A stretch of 35,629 nt of DNA. Source: Dermatophilaceae bacterium (GTDB lineage: Bacteria; Actinomycetota; Actinomycetes; Actinomycetales; Dermatophilaceae). How positions within the stretch are numbered: position 1 is the first letter of the stretch; each line of letters starts with the position of its first letter. This document shows, piece after piece, positions 1 through 7,482 of this stretch. The translations under genes and the position numbers were made by a program. The stretch lies in contig JBOFJB010000371.1 in NCBI GenBank assembly GCA_051650465.1, positions 1 to 35,629 on the forward strand. Direction: 5' to 3'. A model generated the notes under the pieces. That model made no database searches and had not been told where the DNA came from. It saw only the letters and a program-made list of their open reading frames with translations.

Positions 1-74
1 TCAGTGACGTGCTCCTGACCGATGACATCGGCGAACGTCTCCGGCCGGTACCGGCGGTACAGCGCGGTGCTCAC
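1..74 (-). CDS. dnaX: DNA polymerase III subunit gamma/tau, first 24 codons only (gene runs off the left edge)
   Basis: The reverse complement of 1-74 reads GTG AGC ACC GCG CTG TAC CGC CGG TAC CGG CCG GAG ACG TTC, giving (M)STALYRRYRPETFADVIGQEHVT. This is the canonical DnaX N-terminus (YRPxxFxxVxGQxHV). It is absent from the ORF track because it is truncated. Confidence 0.8.
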   Translation of the reverse strand, partial: MSTALYRRYRPETFADVIGQEHVT

Positions 75-249
75 CCACCGACCCTAGCCCGCTCACGACC
101 GCCCGGGAGTGACTGTCCTCAGGCTGAGGGCTCACCGGCGCGGGGCTATAGGGTCAATCTCGGGAGACTGGACGGTTGTCAGGTGTCGCCACCAGCTGGG
201 CACCCGCCGAGGTGCGAGTCGGGCGGGACCAGACCCGGAGAGGGAGCGT

Positions 250-897
250 GTGCTGATCCGTGGGGCTCGTGTCGAGGCGCGCGGCGTCGCCAAGGGCGTG
301 GGCGGCGCCGTCCTGCTGCCGCCGACATCCGTGACCGCCGAGCCGGGACGATGCCTGGTCGTGCGCGGAGCAAACGGCTCGGGCAAGACCACCCTGTTGC
401 GCCTCGTTGCCGGCCTGCTCGACCCGTCGTCGGGGACGGTGACCGTCGACGGGCGACCAGTCGACGAACGCGACCGGGCCATCCGCGAGGCCGTGGCGGC
501 GCTGATCGGACCGCCGGCGATGTTCCACGACCTCACGCTGCACGATCACTTCGTGCTCATCGACGCCACCTGGGGGCGCGACCCGAGCACCTGTACGGGT
601 CGCGTGGCGGAGGCACTGGACGAGTTCGGTCTCGGCGACTACGCGTCGAGGTTCCCGCATGAACTGTCGTCGGGGCAGGCACACCTTGCCCATCTCGCTC
701 TGGTGCTGTTCCGGCCGGCCCGACTCCTGGTGCTCGACGAACCCGAGCAACGCCTCGACGGTGACCGGCGGAGGCTGCTGGCCGCGCGGGTTGCTGCTCG
801 GCGGGACGCGGGGACCACCGTCGTAATGGCCTGCCACGACGACACCGTGACGAGCGCGCTCGCCGACGACGTGGTCACCCTCAGCCATGACGGATGA
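250..897 (+). CDS. ABC transporter ATP-binding protein
   Basis: Walker A GANGSGKTTLLRL, signature LSSGQ and Walker B LLVLDEP are present. The frame is that of track ORF 109..897. I moved the start to GTG 250, 3 nt after GGAGAGGGAG (237-246). Confidence 0.85.
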   Translation: MLIRGARVEARGVAKGVGGAVLLPPTSVTAEPGRCLVVRGANGSGKTTLLRLVAGLLDPSSGTVTVDGRPVDERDRAIREAVAALIGPPAMFHDLTLHDHFVLIDATWGRDPSTCTGRVAEALDEFGLGDYASRFPHELSSGQAHLAHLALVLFRPARLLVLDEPEQRLDGDRRRLLAARVAARRDAGTTVVMACHDDTVTSALADDVVTLSHDG

Positions 898-2314
898 CGC
901 CCGACCCCGCGACGGACGGGTCCAGAACTCACAGCCGGCGGACGACCTCCAGCCACCGGACGACGCTCAACGGCTCGCCGCTCAGCCGCCGGATGACGCT
1001 CATCGGCTCGCCGACGCCATCCATGTCTGGCACGGCCCCGGCGGCGACAGCGCCACCCGGCGGCTGGCCTACGCGGGGTACCTCACCGCGCTGTTCGGCA
1101 GCATCTACGGATTCACCCTGGCCAGAGGAGTCACGGTCACGCTCGGCCCGGACGCGTGGGTACTCCGCCACCCGCTGCTGGCCGGCAGCGGGCCCGTGGC
1201 CCCGCCGCTTCCCTGGGTCGACCTGGTGGTGACCAGCTCGATCGACCGCGCGCTCACCCTCCGCGCGGCCTGGCGGATGCCGCTCTCCGTGCTGGTGCTT
1301 GTGGGGTTCGTCCTGGGGCCGCTGCTCGCGGCCGGGTTCTGGGCCGCGGGTGGCGTCTCGGTGCTCGTGGTGCCGTGCGCGGCGGTGGCGGGAGCCATGG
1401 TGGGCGCGGCGGTGGCGTGGTCCTGGCTTCATGGCCAGGCCCGCTCGTCCGCACCCGTCCCGGGAGCCCCGTGGCGACCCGCTCGGGGAGCACAGTGGCC
1501 GTCGACCTTGCTGCGCCGCCTCGACGTCGGCACACTGCGCGACCACACGGTGCGCTCCACGCGGTTCGCCGGCGGCGTCCTCACGGGCGAGGCCCGCGTC
1601 ATCCGGATGGAGTCGACCCGGCCCGTGCGCCGAGGGCGCGACTGGCAACTGCGGCAACGGGGTCCGCAGCTGACGGTGGTGCTGCGTGACCTCATCGGGC
1701 TACGCCGCCGGCCCGCCCGGCTGGGGGGCGGCGCGGTGTTGGTGGCCGCCGGGGCGGCCGGCATCACCTCGGTGCGGGGCGACCTGGCCGGCAGTGGTCT
1801 CGCCATGGCGGTGTGCGGGCTGCTCTGCTGCCACGTCGGCACCGGATGCTGGGCCGGCGGCCTGCGGCTGCTCGGCGACGCGATGGGGGCGCCGAGGCTG
1901 CTCGGCGGCTCGGTCCGCGGTCAGGCCGTCGCGCACTCGGTCGTGCCGGCCGTGCTGGCCGCCGCAGTGGTCGTGGCGGTCGTGGCGGCGGTCAGCGCCA
2001 CGAGCGGCGGGGTGCCGCGGGCCTGGGCGCTGGTAGCCGGGCTGCCCATCGTGCTCGTCGCGGCCCACTGGCAGGCAGCGTTCCGTGGTGCGCCACCGAT
2101 GACTGTGCAACTGCCGGAGGCCGGGCCGATCCTCCTGGCGCTGTGGTGGGCCGGGCCGGCCTGCACCGCAGCCACTCTCGGTGTGGTGCTCCTGCTGTGC
2201 CTCGACGAGCCCGCCGGTGTCGGGCGGTGGGTGACCGTCATCCTGGTCCTGGTGGGCGCAGGGTGGTGGGCCGGGCGTGCCCTGAGGCGTGCCCTGGCAG
2301 CGGCGCGCGCCTGA
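887..2314 (+). CDS. Polytopic membrane protein, likely partner of the upstream ABC ATPase (function unknown)
   Basis: 475-aa ORF whose ATG 887 overlaps the ATPase stop by 11 nt. It has many long hydrophobic runs (for example VLVLVGFVLGPLLAAGFWAAGGVSVLVVPCAAVAGAMVGAAVAW). I can name no permease family motif. Confidence 0.6.
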   Translation: MTDDARPRDGRVQNSQPADDLQPPDDAQRLAAQPPDDAHRLADAIHVWHGPGGDSATRRLAYAGYLTALFGSIYGFTLARGVTVTLGPDAWVLRHPLLAGSGPVAPPLPWVDLVVTSSIDRALTLRAAWRMPLSVLVLVGFVLGPLLAAGFWAAGGVSVLVVPCAAVAGAMVGAAVAWSWLHGQARSSAPVPGAPWRPARGAQWPSTLLRRLDVGTLRDHTVRSTRFAGGVLTGEARVIRMESTRPVRRGRDWQLRQRGPQLTVVLRDLIGLRRRPARLGGGAVLVAAGAAGITSVRGDLAGSGLAMAVCGLLCCHVGTGCWAGGLRLLGDAMGAPRLLGGSVRGQAVAHSVVPAVLAAAVVVAVVAAVSATSGGVPRAWALVAGLPIVLVAAHWQAAFRGAPPMTVQLPEAGPILLALWWAGPACTAATLGVVLLLCLDEPAGVGRWVTVILVLVGAGWWAGRALRRALAAARA

Positions 2315-2347
2315 CCCGACCGGCAGCGCCTGACCTACTCTCGACAG

Positions 2348-3124
2348 GTGCGCATCGATGTCTGGTCCGATCTGGTCTGCCCGTTCTGCCACCTCGGCCG
2401 GCGGTACCTCGAGCTGGCCCTGGAGCAGTTCGAGCACGCCGACGGGATCGGCGTCGTCTGGCACAGCTTCCAGCTCGACCCGAACGCGCCGGCGGTCGAC
2501 CGCGCCCCGGTGGTCGAGGCGGTCGCCGCGAAGTACGGCGTCCCCGTGGAGCAGATCGCCGAACAGAACCGGCGGATGGCGCGCGATGCCGCCGCGGTGG
2601 GCCTGGACTTCGCCTGGGAGCGGCTGGTCGGCGGCAACTCCTACGACGCGCACCGCGTCATCCATCTCGCACGCTCGGTCGGCCGGGAACAGGACGTGAC
2701 CGACCGGCTGATGCGCGCGTGGTACTCCGAGGGCGAGGCGATCGGCGACCACGACACGCTGCGGCGGCTCGGCGCCGACGCCGGCCTCGACGCCGACGAC
2801 GTGCGCGCCCTCCTCGCCGGCGACGACTTCGGTATCGACGTGCGCACCGATCTCGCGCTCGCGGCGCAGATCGGCGTCACCGCGGTGCCGATGTTCGTGC
2901 TCGACCAGAAGTACGGCGTCAGCGGAGCGCAGCCGGTCGACGTCATGCTGGGCGCCATCCGTGAGGTGTGGGAGCGCCAAGGCACCGAGCCCGAGGCGAT
3001 TGCGACCGGCGGCGGCTGTGGTGGCGGCTGTGGTGGCGGCTGCTGCGGCGGGGTCTGCGGCTCCGGGGGCGAGGCGGATGACGGGGCACCGGCGCGGGCC
3101 GAGCCCACCGTCACCGTCCGCTGA
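2348..3124 (+). CDS. DsbA/FrnE-family thiol-disulfide oxidoreductase with Cys/Gly-rich C-terminal tail
   Basis: The N-terminus MRIDVWSDLVCPFCHLGRRYLE carries a CPFC thioredoxin-fold active site in a DsbA/FrnE-like layout. The tail reads GGGCGGGCGGGCCGGVCGSGG. Confidence 0.85.
   Translation: MRIDVWSDLVCPFCHLGRRYLELALEQFEHADGIGVVWHSFQLDPNAPAVDRAPVVEAVAAKYGVPVEQIAEQNRRMARDAAAVGLDFAWERLVGGNSYDAHRVIHLARSVGREQDVTDRLMRAWYSEGEAIGDHDTLRRLGADAGLDADDVRALLAGDDFGIDVRTDLALAAQIGVTAVPMFVLDQKYGVSGAQPVDVMLGAIREVWERQGTEPEAIATGGGCGGGCGGGCCGGVCGSGGEADDGAPARAEPTVTVR
3011..3046 (+). repeat. 12-bp in-frame tandem repeat (ggcggctgtggt x2 plus ggcggctgctgc) encoding the GGC-type repeats of the DsbA tail
   Basis: Read directly from the sequence as three consecutive 12-mers. 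Confidence 0.8.
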
Positions 3125-3408
3125 CCTCACCCGCCGAGAACCAGGACACCCCGCGTACCTGGAAGAGCTCACCTGCCCTTGCTGCATTCCTGCCCTGGGG
3201 GAGTTCGGCGAGGTACCACCACGCGGGGTGCCGGGCCTGATTCTAGGCGCGCGGCGCCATCCGTAGAAATCGGCGCCGACCGGGAGCCAACGGTCGAAGC
3301 ACCCCCTACCGCCCAGCGCCCGCGGCCCCGACTACCCCGCCTCCGACCCCGGCGACCGGCCCTCAGGCCGGAACGCCACACTGGCGGAACCCGATCCGGA
3401 GGAGACCG

Positions 3409-3876
3409 ATGACACCTCGCACCCTGTTCACTTGGCTCGCGCGCGCCGAGGTGGTGACGTGGACCCTGCTCCTCGTGGGCATGGTGCTCAAGTACGGCAC
3501 TCGCACCACTGAGTTGGGGGTGCGCGTGTTCGGGATGGTGCACGGCGTGGTGTTCCTCGGCTATCTGCTCGCCGTCGTGGTGGTCGCCCTCGACCAGCGC
3601 TGGTCACTGCGGTTGACCGCACTGGCGGTCGCGGCCGGGGTGCCGCCGTACGCCACGGTGTGGTGTGAGCGATTCGTCGAACGGTCCGGGTCGGTCACCG
3701 ACCAGTGGCGGCTCACACCCGGCGGCCAGCTGCCGCGCAACTCGCTAGAGCGGGTGCTCGCGAGCGGGCTCGCGCGACCGGTCACGGCATCCATCGTCGG
3801 CGTGGCGGGGATCGCGGTCGTCACGGCCGTCCTGCTGCTCGTGGGTCCGCCCTCGCCGCCCGGCTCGGCCGGATAG
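3409..3876 (+). CDS. Small integral membrane protein, DUF3817-like
   Basis: ATG follows GGAGGAGACCG. The N-terminus LFTWLARAEVVTWTLLLVGMVLKYGT and the following TM segments resemble DUF3817 proteins, judged from memory of the family. Confidence 0.65.
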   Translation: MTPRTLFTWLARAEVVTWTLLLVGMVLKYGTRTTELGVRVFGMVHGVVFLGYLLAVVVVALDQRWSLRLTALAVAAGVPPYATVWCERFVERSGSVTDQWRLTPGGQLPRNSLERVLASGLARPVTASIVGVAGIAVVTAVLLLVGPPSPPGSAG

Positions 3877-3949
3877 CGGGCGCCGCCGGCCCGGACGGTG
3901 GCGGCTGCGGATTTCGGCCGGATGCGCAGGCTCCGGTAGCCTCCCCGGC

Positions 3950-4036
3950 GGAGGATTCGCATAGTGGCCTAGTGCGCACGATTGGAAATCGTGTTGGGGA
4001 TGAAACCCCTCGCGGGTTCAAATCCCGCATCCTCCG
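3950..4036 (+). tRNA. tRNA-Ser (anticodon GGA), type II with long variable arm
   Basis: Cloverleaf read by hand. Acceptor GGAGGAT/ATCCTCC, anticodon stem CACGA/TCGTG with loop TTGGAAA, variable arm TTGGGGATGAAACCCCTC, T arm GCGGG-TTCAAAT-CCCGC, discriminator G. CCA is not encoded. Confidence 0.9.
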
Positions 4037-4043
4037 CCGACAT

Positions 4044-4078
4044 CAGAACCCCCGAGAGCCGCGCTCTCGGGGGTTCTG
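4044..4078. terminator. Perfect 16-bp stem hairpin between tRNA-Ser (+) and vapC (-), probably a bidirectional terminator
   Basis: cagaacccccgagagc / cgc / gctctcgggggttctg, read directly. There is no U-tract, as is common in actinobacteria. Confidence 0.65.
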
Positions 4079-4128
4079 GTATGCCGAGGGGCTCGCCCCC
4101 GCCGACCAGCCGGTGCAGCGGTGCCTGC

Positions 4129-4518
4129 TCAGGACGGGACGACCACATCCGCGGACGGTGCGCCGCGCAGCCGACGGTCGGTGGTCACCAGGGGAACACC
4201 CAATAACCCGGCGAGCTGCACGTACACCGCGTCGACCAGCCGCAGTTGATGACGCCGCGCCCACGTGCCGAGGAGGAGGTCGGTCACCGGATGACGCCGG
4301 ATCGGTGCGGTGCGGAGTGCGTGGAGCCCGGACTCGACCCGGTCCGCCTCGAGGTCGCCGGCCCGGTGCAGCCGGCCCAGCGCCGAGAGCACCTCGGCGT
4401 CGAGATGAGCCGGCGCATGCAGCGCATGACCGGCGATCCGCCGGCGGACGGCGTGACCGTGCTCGTTGTCGAGGAGGAGGTCGACGAGCGCGGACGCGTC
4501 GAGCACCACCTCAGGCAT
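4129..4518 (-). CDS. vapC: PIN-domain ribonuclease toxin VapC
   Basis: MPEVVLDASALVDLLLD (PIN acidic residue), a central region, then LVTTDRRL near the C-terminus. I set the start at the ATG giving MPEVVLD. This start overlaps the upstream antitoxin stop by 8 nt (ATGCCTGA). Confidence 0.85.
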   Translation of the reverse strand: MPEVVLDASALVDLLLDNEHGHAVRRRIAGHALHAPAHLDAEVLSALGRLHRAGDLEADRVESGLHALRTAPIRRHPVTDLLLGTWARRHQLRLVDAVYVQLAGLLGVPLVTTDRRLRGAPSADVVVPS

Positions 4519-4744
4519 GGCGCGTCGGAGCGTCGTCCCGCGCGGCATCGAGCGCCGCCAGAGCACGATCGTGCGGCACGCGGGCGGATGACGCCGTCGT
4601 CGCCGACGCCGCGAGCCACGCGTCGGTGGAGCGGGCGGCGAGCGTGCGTCGCACCGCCTCCTGGGTCACCGCCGACAGATTGAGGCCGGCCTCTTTGGCC
4701 TCGGCCGCAAGCTCGTCCGGGAGGTATACGTTCACCCGCGTCAT
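4511..4744 (-). CDS. vapB: Ribbon-helix-helix (CopG/VapB-type) antitoxin
   Basis: MTRVNVYLPDELAAEAKEAGLNLSAVTQEAVRRTL is a typical RHH N-terminus. The gene overlaps vapC. An alternative ATG lies at 4762. Confidence 0.75.
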   Translation of the reverse strand: MTRVNVYLPDELAAEAKEAGLNLSAVTQEAVRRTLAARSTDAWLAASATTASSARVPHDRALAALDAARDDAPTRHA

Positions 4745-4887
4745 ACCACACGATATACACACATCCCTGGGCGCGACCTGGTGAGTCGGTCGTCGCCGCC
4801 CTCACCACCGAAGCCGCCCCGGCCAAGAAGTAGGCGTCGGGCCGGCCGCCGCAGGGCGTTCAGCCGGGCTACGTGTCGCAAACCAGG

Positions 4888-4947
4888 TCGAGATGACGTG
4901 ACACGCAGAGCCGCCGGTGAATCGGCCTGCGTGTCGCGTCATCTCGA
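4888..4947. repeat. 21-bp inverted repeat (1 mismatch) with 18-nt spacer in the vapB / PPTase intergenic region
   Basis: The left arm is tcgagatgacgtgacacgcag (4888-4908) and the right arm is ctgcgtgtcgcgtcatctcga (4927-4947). Confidence 0.8.
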
Positions 4948-5118
4948 TCAGTCGGAAGGTCGTCCCGCCACCTAGGCTGACGCCGAGGAGGGCGCAGTGG
5001 AGGCAGGCGAGGAGGGCGCGCCGGACGCAGGTGACGTGCGGCTCGACGGCGATGCGCGACCGGAGCCGTTCCCGGGCCGCACAGAACCGGACGCTGCCAC
5101 CGGGACGAGCGCGACACG

Positions 5119-5823
5119 ATGAGCTCGGTGCCGACGCCGCGCGCCGGGTCGTGCGCCTTGCGCCGGGTGGTCGGCACCGAGCCGGTGACACGGGAGCTGT
5201 GGGGACCGGGCGACCCGGCCACGCTGCATCCGGACGAGGCAGCCGTGGTGCGCGCCGCTGTCGACGCGCGCCGGCGCGAGTTCGCCGCCGGTCGGGCCTG
5301 CGCCAGGTCGGCGCTCGAGGCACTGGGCCACCGCGGCATCCCGCTCGTGCCCGGCGCCGCGCGAGAGCCGCAGTGGCCGGCCGGCCTGGTCGGGAGCATC
5401 ACCCACGGTGGCGGCTACTCCGCGGCGGCGGTGGCGTCATCCGACCGCCTGCTCGCCATCGGGATCGACGTGGAGCCCGACGCCCCGCTGCCTGCCGAGC
5501 TCGACGACATCGTGATGACGGATGCCGAGCGGGCCGCGGTCGAGGCGCTCGCGGCACGAGACCCGCAGACGCCATGGAGCCGAATCGTGTTCAGCGCCAA
5601 GGAGTCCGTGTACAAGACGTGGTTCCCCCTGTGTCGGCGGGCCCTCTGGTTCCACCAGGCCACCGTGCATCCGGCCACCGACGGGACGTTCCGGGCACGC
5701 ATCCTCGAGGCGGATGCCGGCTCCTACCCTCGCGAGGTCGCCGGGAGCTGGAGCCGAGCGTCCGGGGTCCTCCTGACGGGAGTCGTGCTCTCCCACCGGG
5801 ACCAAGGCGTCATCCCCGGGTGA
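5119..5823 (+). CDS. 4'-phosphopantetheinyl transferase, EntD/Sfp type
   Basis: GSITHGGGYSAAAV, IGIDVEPD and FSAKESVYKTWFPL are the EntD/PptT-type motifs. The exact start is uncertain. Confidence 0.85.
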   Translation: MSSVPTPRAGSCALRRVVGTEPVTRELWGPGDPATLHPDEAAVVRAAVDARRREFAAGRACARSALEALGHRGIPLVPGAAREPQWPAGLVGSITHGGGYSAAAVASSDRLLAIGIDVEPDAPLPAELDDIVMTDAERAAVEALAARDPQTPWSRIVFSAKESVYKTWFPLCRRALWFHQATVHPATDGTFRARILEADAGSYPREVAGSWSRASGVLLTGVVLSHRDQGVIPG

Positions 5824-5884
5824 CGGGCGTCATCCCTGGGCGAAGGGCGTCATCCCTGGGCGAAGGGCGTCCTCCCCGGGTGGC
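5805..5884. repeat. 20-bp tandem repeat, 4 copies; the first copy is the last codons plus stop of the PPTase gene
   Basis: The four copies are ggcgtcatccccgggtgacg, ggcgtcatccctgggcgaag, ggcgtcatccctgggcgaag and ggcgtcctccccgggtggcc. Confidence 0.9.
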
Positions 5885-5930
5885 CGGCGCCGGTCGCACC
5901 GTGCCGCTGACGACCCCTCGCGGATGCCGC

Positions 5931-7460
5931 TCACTCGCCGGGTCTGGGCGTTCCGGCGAGGTCGACGACCGCCTGCCGGCTCACCTTTCCCGTGGGGGTG
6001 CGTGGGATGCGGGCGACGACGATGCGCACCGGTCGCTCGTAGGGCAGCAGCTCGCGCCGGCAGTGCTCGTGCAGCTCCTCCTCGGACGGCGCACCGCCGG
6101 CCACCGGCTCGACGACGCACACCGGGACGGCCCCGAGCCGAGCGTCGGGCCTGCTGACGACCACGGCCTCGTGCACCGCGGGGTGGTTCTCCAGCTCGTG
6201 CTCCACCCGGTCGGGCGACACGTTGAAGCCGCCCCTGACGATGACCGCGTCGACCCGGCCGAGGACCCAGAGGAACCCGTCGTCGTCCAGCCGGGCCCGA
6301 TCGGCGGTGCGGGTCCAGACCGCGCCCTCCGGCGCCTGTTCGGTGCGCACCTCGAGCACACCGACCGCACCGGGCGCGACGGGGCGACCACCCGCATCGA
6401 CGACCCTGAGCTCGACACCTGCGTGAGCGCGGCCCGCGCTACCGGCCTTCGCCGACCACCAGCTGCGGTACAGCTCCCTCGTCCAGCCGGCGACCGCACC
6501 GGCGAACTCGGTGGCCCCGTAGGTGGTGAGCACCGGCACGCCGTACCGCTCGGTGAACGCGGTCGCGACCGGCGTGGGACAGGCCGCGGCTCCGGTGGTG
6601 ACCAGACTGAGACTCGCCACCTGGTCGACCGGCACCTCGGCGTCGAGGACCGCGGCGATGGCCGCCGGCACCAGGAAGGTCGCCCGGATCCCGTGCGCCG
6701 CGACCGCGCGTGCCCACGCGTGCGGGTCGAACCGAGGCAGCACCACCACGGGACGGCCGCTGCTCAGCCCCCCGAGAAGCGACCACACGCCGGCGATGTG
6801 CTCGATGGGGTGGGAGACCAGCGTGGGCCGGGCGGACGGGCGCGCCTCGAGCTGCTCGCTGGAGCGTAGCGACGCGAGGACCTGGCGGTCGGTCAGCTGG
6901 ATGCGCTTGGGCCGGCCGGTGGTCCCTCCCGACCGGAGCTCGAGGAGCACGTCCGGGCGCACCGGCCCGTCGTGGCTACTGACCCGCGGTCCGGCCCGGC
7001 TGCTCTCCCGAACCACGGCGCGTCCGTCGTCGACCGTCAGCACGGCGTGGCCGTCACCTCCGGCTGCACCGACGAGGGCGGGGTCGCGGCGGGCAGTGTC
7101 GCCGCCGAGCACGACCGCCCGGGGAGCGGCATCGGCGAGTGCGGCGGTGAGCTCGTCGGCGGGCGTCCGAGCGGACAGCAGCAGGACGCACGACCCCCGG
7201 GTCACCGCGGCGAGCAGCGCGACGATCGGGTCGGCCTCGTTCTCCGCGAGCACTGCCACCGGGGATCGCGGCGGAGCCCCGGCATCGGCGAGCGCCCGGT
7301 CGACCGAGGCGGCGGCCTCGCGCAGCCGGGACCAGGTCCACGACCGGGACCCGACCGTGAGCGCCGTGCGCTGCGGGCGCTGGGCGCCGAGTCGATGTGC
7401 GAGCACCGAGACGACGGTCGAGTGTGGTGTCGACGGAACGGCGGCCTGGTCCATAGTCAC
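5931..7460 (-). CDS. Stand-alone adenylate-forming enzyme (acyl/aryl-AMP or CoA ligase)
   Basis: LRSGGTTGRPKRIQLT (EntE/DhbE-like SGGTTGxPK), TTYGATEFAG, RVDAVIVRGGFNVSPDRVE and PRTPTGKVSRQ are present. The start is GTG 7460 or ATG 7454. It is transcribed divergently from the NRPS. Confidence 0.85.
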   Translation of the reverse strand: MTMDQAAVPSTPHSTVVSVLAHRLGAQRPQRTALTVGSRSWTWSRLREAAASVDRALADAGAPPRSPVAVLAENEADPIVALLAAVTRGSCVLLLSARTPADELTAALADAAPRAVVLGGDTARRDPALVGAAGGDGHAVLTVDDGRAVVRESSRAGPRVSSHDGPVRPDVLLELRSGGTTGRPKRIQLTDRQVLASLRSSEQLEARPSARPTLVSHPIEHIAGVWSLLGGLSSGRPVVVLPRFDPHAWARAVAAHGIRATFLVPAAIAAVLDAEVPVDQVASLSLVTTGAAACPTPVATAFTERYGVPVLTTYGATEFAGAVAGWTRELYRSWWSAKAGSAGRAHAGVELRVVDAGGRPVAPGAVGVLEVRTEQAPEGAVWTRTADRARLDDDGFLWVLGRVDAVIVRGGFNVSPDRVEHELENHPAVHEAVVVSRPDARLGAVPVCVVEPVAGGAPSEEELHEHCRRELLPYERPVRIVVARIPRTPTGKVSRQAVVDLAGTPRPGE

Positions 7461-7467
7461 GCGAGTA

Positions 7468-7482
7468 TGATATTCATTATCA
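7468..7482. promoter_or_regulatory. Fur-family 7-1-7 operator candidate in the divergent ligase/NRPS promoter
   Basis: TGATATT-C-ATTATCA matches the classical 7-1-7 Fur box TGATAAT-N-ATTATCA with 1 mismatch in 14 defined positions. The 19-mer gagtatgatattcattatc matches GATAATGATAATCATTATC at 16/19. It lies in the only AT-rich patch of the 54-bp intergenic region and overlaps -10-like hexamers (TATGAT on plus, CATACT on minus). Confidence 0.6.

Noticed and set aside
75-249. SRP (4.5S/ffs) RNA, which often sits just upstream of dnaX.
   Set aside because: I could not find the conserved domain IV core (GGAAGCAGCC-like asymmetric loop) on either strand. The region more likely holds only the dnaX and ABC promoters.
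3125-3408. 284-bp C-rich intergenic region upstream of the DUF3817 gene as a riboswitch or 6C-type small RNA.
   Set aside because: I could not fold a convincing conserved structure or recognise a known riboswitch core by eye. There is only a short GGCGCC...GGCGCC hairpin.
4917-6869. 650-aa plus-strand ORF spanning the PPTase and ligase region. The same applies to other very long ORFs in the track: 1700-3187(-), 8094-10292(-), 11029-13191(-), 12873-15188(-), 18547-20538(-), 20904-23066(-), 25527-27143(+) and 28000-29547(+).
   Set aside because: Their translations are Arg/Pro/Gly/Ala-rich with no motifs. They lie antisense or out of frame to ORFs with clear family signatures. Long open shadow frames are expected at this GC content.
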